From Macrostomum lignano (lineage: Eukaryota): a DNA stretch of 64,000 bases. This document shows, piece after piece, positions 60,701 to 64,000 of the stretch; positions within the stretch are counted from its first letter, which is position 1, and every line of letters begins with the position of its first letter. Under the pieces are notes generated by a model. It was not told the DNA's origin. It searched no databases and worked only from the letters and a program-made list of their open reading frames with translations. Both the position numbers and the translations under genes were made by a program. Location: contig NIVC01000201.1 in the NCBI GenBank assembly GCA_002269645.1, forward strand, positions 727,734-791,733. Reading direction: 5' to 3'.

Positions 60701-61488
60701 GCAAGCGGCGGGACATCAGAGTGTGCAGTGACAAGAAAAAAGCCAAGACTGTTTCTTCTCAACCAAATGTCGCATCATTCACAATCATTACGCCGTCACT
60801 CAGCATCTTTGAGCTTCAAAAGCGCGAAGTAACTCTTGATCGCCCAGTTTTCATGGGGCAGTGTGTTCTAGATCGCTCCAAGATCATCATGTATCGACTT
60901 TACTATGACAAAATAAAACCCATGCTAGAATTCCGTGATGGAGCAAGAGTTCGAGTTTGCGGTGGCGATACAGACTCGTTGTTTTTGAGCTTAGAGAACC
61001 TTAGTTTGCAGAGAGAAGTGCTGCCAATCCTGCATGCCGAAGGCCTCTTGGACACCTCCAATTTTCTCACTAATCATCCTCTCTTCTCGAATCGGCTAAA
61101 GGCCAAGCTAGGCTGCATTAAAGATGAAGCTGGTGGACTGCAACAGATTGAGTGGGTGCTGCTAAGGCCCAAGCTCTATTCTTTCCTCGCTGAAAGCTCG
61201 GCGGCATGCAAAGCAAAAGCAAAAGGCATCCAACGAAGCGTGCTGAAGAATGAAGTCTCCCACGACGACTACGTCAAGATTTTCAAGGGGGCTTCAAAGC
61301 TGTCGCTCACTGTTCGTCGAATTGGAAGTGAGAGACATCGCGTTTTCACCATTGAGCAACGTAAGCTCGCTCTCAGTATCTGGGAGGACAAGCGAGCGTG
61401 GACTGGCTCGAACTCAAGTCTTCCGTTCGGCCACTTTCAGCTGTTAATCAGGGGTAGTCCGAAAAGGACAGCGGACTGCTTAGAGTGA
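57730..61488 (+). CDS. Protein-primed family B DNA polymerase (pPolB), split by two frameshifts (~59845 and ~60500)
   Basis: N-terminal GSGW and AIIN..DGNNCFLFAC; endonuclease VII-like DHDHLSGEYKGAACASCN; Exo I YADFE, Exo II FHNLRGYD and Exo III YLELDI; polymerase motifs DANNLYG, KLKNNSLFGK and GDTDS. Confidence 0.95.
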
Positions 61489-62205
61489 TGCTTTGCACAT
61501 CTGTGTAACCTTGGCGTTGAAATTTATTGACTTTTACTTATGTACTCCATGAATTGTTTCTGTGGTTTAATTAATCTGAATGATGGATGATGATGATAAT
61601 GATGGATGATGATGATAATGACAATGCTGGAACGAATAGAGCCAATTCAGTTAGTTACATATTTGTAGTCTCTAAGCAACTAACTGAACGTAACATTTTC
61701 GAGTTGAGTTGTTCCAGATTTATTTCAATACGAACTTGTGAAAGCCATGTTGGAATAATTTGCGGCATATTGGTCTGGCTTTCCCTTTTTATTATCCTTG
61801 AATTTTTGCACAATTGAATGAACTGAGTTACTGTCCTTTTTTATCTTTGCTAGCTTTTCCACTCATATTTTTTGTAACCATTATCCAATGATTATCAGAA
61901 AAATATTTGCTTCCTTTTTCATTTCTGCTAGTTCTTGTTCGTTTTTATTTGTCTTAGCAGTGCATAATCTGAGTGATGGGTGTGCTTTTTTTTCTTGAGT
62001 TGGTGGTGGTCTGATTAAATTTTCTATACTCAAACTAATATTGCGATTTCAGTTATGAAAATAAAGAAAAAGTCGATCGAAGTCTGATTTTCAGGTATAT
62101 TGATTAAAATGCACGCATCTTAATACGTGGTATATGCATGCAAGATTATTATATTTTTGTTCAGCTGTCGTCTTTTTATTTAATTGTTGAAACATATGGT
62201 TATTA

Positions 62206-62767
62206 TTAGCACAGAAAACGGACAAGCAAGGAAAAGTCGGAAATTAGCATGCTCATTGTTTTTGCACCACTGAGAACGAATGAGCCATTGTGAAAAAGCA
62301 GGCATTTGCAGAAGCTTAGTTTGCAGATCAAAGCAGAAAATGATCTGGCTCATATTGAGCATTTGGTAAAGTGTTCACAAGATTAGCGAGGGGAAGTGCT
62401 CTGCACAAGTCAATTTTCCCATGCGCAGTAATAGTTTTAATCCGCACATGCACAGTTTGATGAGGCAGCAGTTGAGCAGGCACTCTGCGATGCAGCATAG
62501 CCACGAAGCGACGAGCGGCCCTGACTGAGGCCGAGTAGCTCCGGGCGCCACAGATACTCAGTTGTCCAGTCGGATAGAGCAATAGAGTCACTCTGGGACT
62601 CCGCATCCTCTTGATAAGCACTCGGGGCCAGACGGGCGATAGATGACATGAGCCATGCTGAGAGCCAGTTCCCGCAGAGGCAACTGAGCACCCCTGTCTC
62701 CAGCAAGTCTCAGATCCACGCCGCCGACCAGATTGGTCACTCGCAGGGCTGTCGCAGGTGTACTCAT
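62206..62767 (-). CDS. TATA-binding-protein-like (TBP fold) gene inside the Polinton, ~187 aa, two single-base frameshifts (~62625 and ~62335)
   Basis: Reconstructed protein: MSTPATALRVTNLVGGVDLRL...LPLRELALSMAHVIYRPSGP/RVLIKRMRSPRVTLLLYPTGQLSICGARSYSASVRAARRFVAMLHR...RIKTITAHGKIDL...LPLANLVNTLPNAQYEPDHF/xALICKLSFCKCLLFHNGSFVLSGAKT.... It is colinear with both TBP core repeats. Confidence 0.85.
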
Positions 62768-62829
62768 TTAGAGAGTCCTTTCTGTCAGTGGTGCTGTCTT
62801 TGCGAGCTTTTGAGTGGTGCGGGCACACC

Positions 62830-63278
62830 TCGCTTCTTAAGTTGATACAGAACTTCGGTTTCAGCCAGTTGTAGTACAGTAATACATTTTTCACTGCACA
62901 ACCAGTATCAGATGCTTGAATCAAAGGTGATCCAGATCCTCTAGGTTGTACACCTGTCTGCCAAGCAGCTCAGTCAGAAAGATGGACTTTTTCACCCGCT
63001 TGTCCAGGTGGACCGTAAGCAATGTTTAGAATGTCATTAGCCAAATTCATGTACGGTCGGGATCCATCTGTCCACTTGAAATGATGCAAATTCTTTGAGA
63101 GCTTTCTGTAATGTACTTGCATCTCAGGTGAGATTCTGTCCCATGAGAACGGAGAGGCGTACACGTGATGAGTGATATGGTAACTGCCAGCCCGGACTTG
63201 GGCAATGGCCAGCTCCTTCACAACGAAATCTCTGCTCGATCTCTCGCGTGGGAAGCCTTGGAAGTCAATATAATTCAT
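62830..63278 (-). pseudogene. Polinton-type small DEDD/RNase H-fold exonuclease-like gene, frameshifted
   Basis: MNYIDFQGF...FVVKELA...PFSW...HHFKW.DG..PY, then in other frames KSIFLTELLGRQVYNLEDL and GCAVKNVLLYYNWL. The family assignment is from my recollection of Polinton accessory ORFs. Confidence 0.55.
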
Positions 63279-63399
63279 GATCGGATGGTTTCAAGACGCA
63301 AGATGTCGGGAAGCCGACTCAGTTCCCCTTCTTAAATAGTTTTTTTTCCTGCTCAGGTGTAGCCAGGCTCTCCCACTCCGAATCCCTTAACTGTATGAT

Positions 63400-63997
63400 G
63401 TGCAGGGGTGGCCTCTGGAGAAACAGCCGGTTTAGAAATTAGCTGCCTTACTGACTTTCCTATAGCCGAAGCTGGGATGTTAAGCTTTTTGTCTTGAAAG
63501 CAATGAGACAAACTCACTCCAGCCTACCGCTCGTTGGCACATTTCGAATCCCTCACCGCACTGTGAAACAAAATCCAGAATGTTTGAGGAGGGTATTGTC
63601 TTCCCAGAAATTTGCGCCTCGCCATTTTCGGACAGCTCCGAATCAGAGAGGGATTGCCAGATAGGATGGCCCATAGACTGCGGGCTCTCGCTTTAAACTT
63701 CTGCGGCACGGATTGGGTGATCTTTTTCCCCCAGCTGCTTGTGCAATATCTGTTTTTCAGCATCTTTGCATCACTCGCAGGTACCGCACCATCCTTTCCA
63801 GTCCGCTTGCGCTTGACCAGCAAACTCTTCATCGCATCATGGTACATGGCAGCTTTCACATCGTCTGGGCAATCCTCGCAAGCAAAATATCATTGCATTT
63901 CCTCTGCGCATATCTCACAGCAGTGTCCATTTCAGACTCGACTGGCTTCAAAATTCTGTGTGAGCATGTCGTATTCTGACTTGGGGATCAGAACCAT
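63400..63997 (-). pseudogene. Conserved Polinton hypothetical protein, frameshifted
   Basis: MVLIPK...DDVKAAMYHDAM...QSVPQKFKARARSLW...NPSL/SENGEAQISGKTIPSSNILDFV...VGWSEF. This pattern recurs in Polinton hypothetical proteins (recollection). Confidence 0.55.
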
Positions 63998-64000
63998 CTT

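Larger units (their letters stand above)
54275..64000 (+). mobile_element. Polinton/Maverick, left end and ~9.7 kb; continues beyond the window
   Basis: It starts with AGTAGTAG, the typical Polinton terminus, exactly where the host ORF loses coherence. It has a repeat-bearing non-coding terminal region, a protein-primed PolB, and intronless accessory ORFs of types seen in Polintons. Confidence 0.88.

Noticed and set aside
57730-61488. Programmed ribosomal frameshifting in pPolB
   Set aside because: There is no X XXY YYZ slippery heptamer at either shift, and similar indels affect neighbouring genes.
62768-62924. N-terminus of the 198 aa track ORF (MIQASDTG...) as part of the TBP-like protein
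   Set aside because: It is the frameshifted tail of the upstream exonuclease-like gene. The TBP-like N-terminus is in another frame starting at ATG 62767.

Overview
Eukaryotic genomic DNA with GT-AG introns, GC-rich exons and a different minisatellite in almost every intron or intergenic gap. The organisation and an SL-like motif suggest a free-living flatworm such as Macrostomum (inference). From left to right: a co-oriented minus-strand housekeeping cluster (RPS12, NF-YC, MRPL3) with MRPS6 nested in MRPL3 intron 1 and lacking its own ATG; two paralogous intronic box C/D snoRNA candidates; a secreted PAN/C-type lectin; a 1.2 kb non-autonomous TIR transposon; a neuropeptide prohormone with 18 KR-flanked FDPLxGM-type peptides; a spliced-leader-like element; glutamate carboxypeptidase II; a peripherin-like tetraspanin; a tRNA-derived SINE; a mucin-like type I membrane protein; a hAT MITE; an SLC24/NCKX exchanger; and the 3' part of an RBR E3 ligase gene. 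That gene is cut at about 54275 by the left end of a Polinton/Maverick, which runs off the window. The Polinton carries a protein-primed PolB and, unexpectedly, an intronless TBP-like gene. Exon boundaries were read by hand and no database searches were run. Many ORF-track 'M' starts are actually TTG/GTG or lie in tandem repeats.
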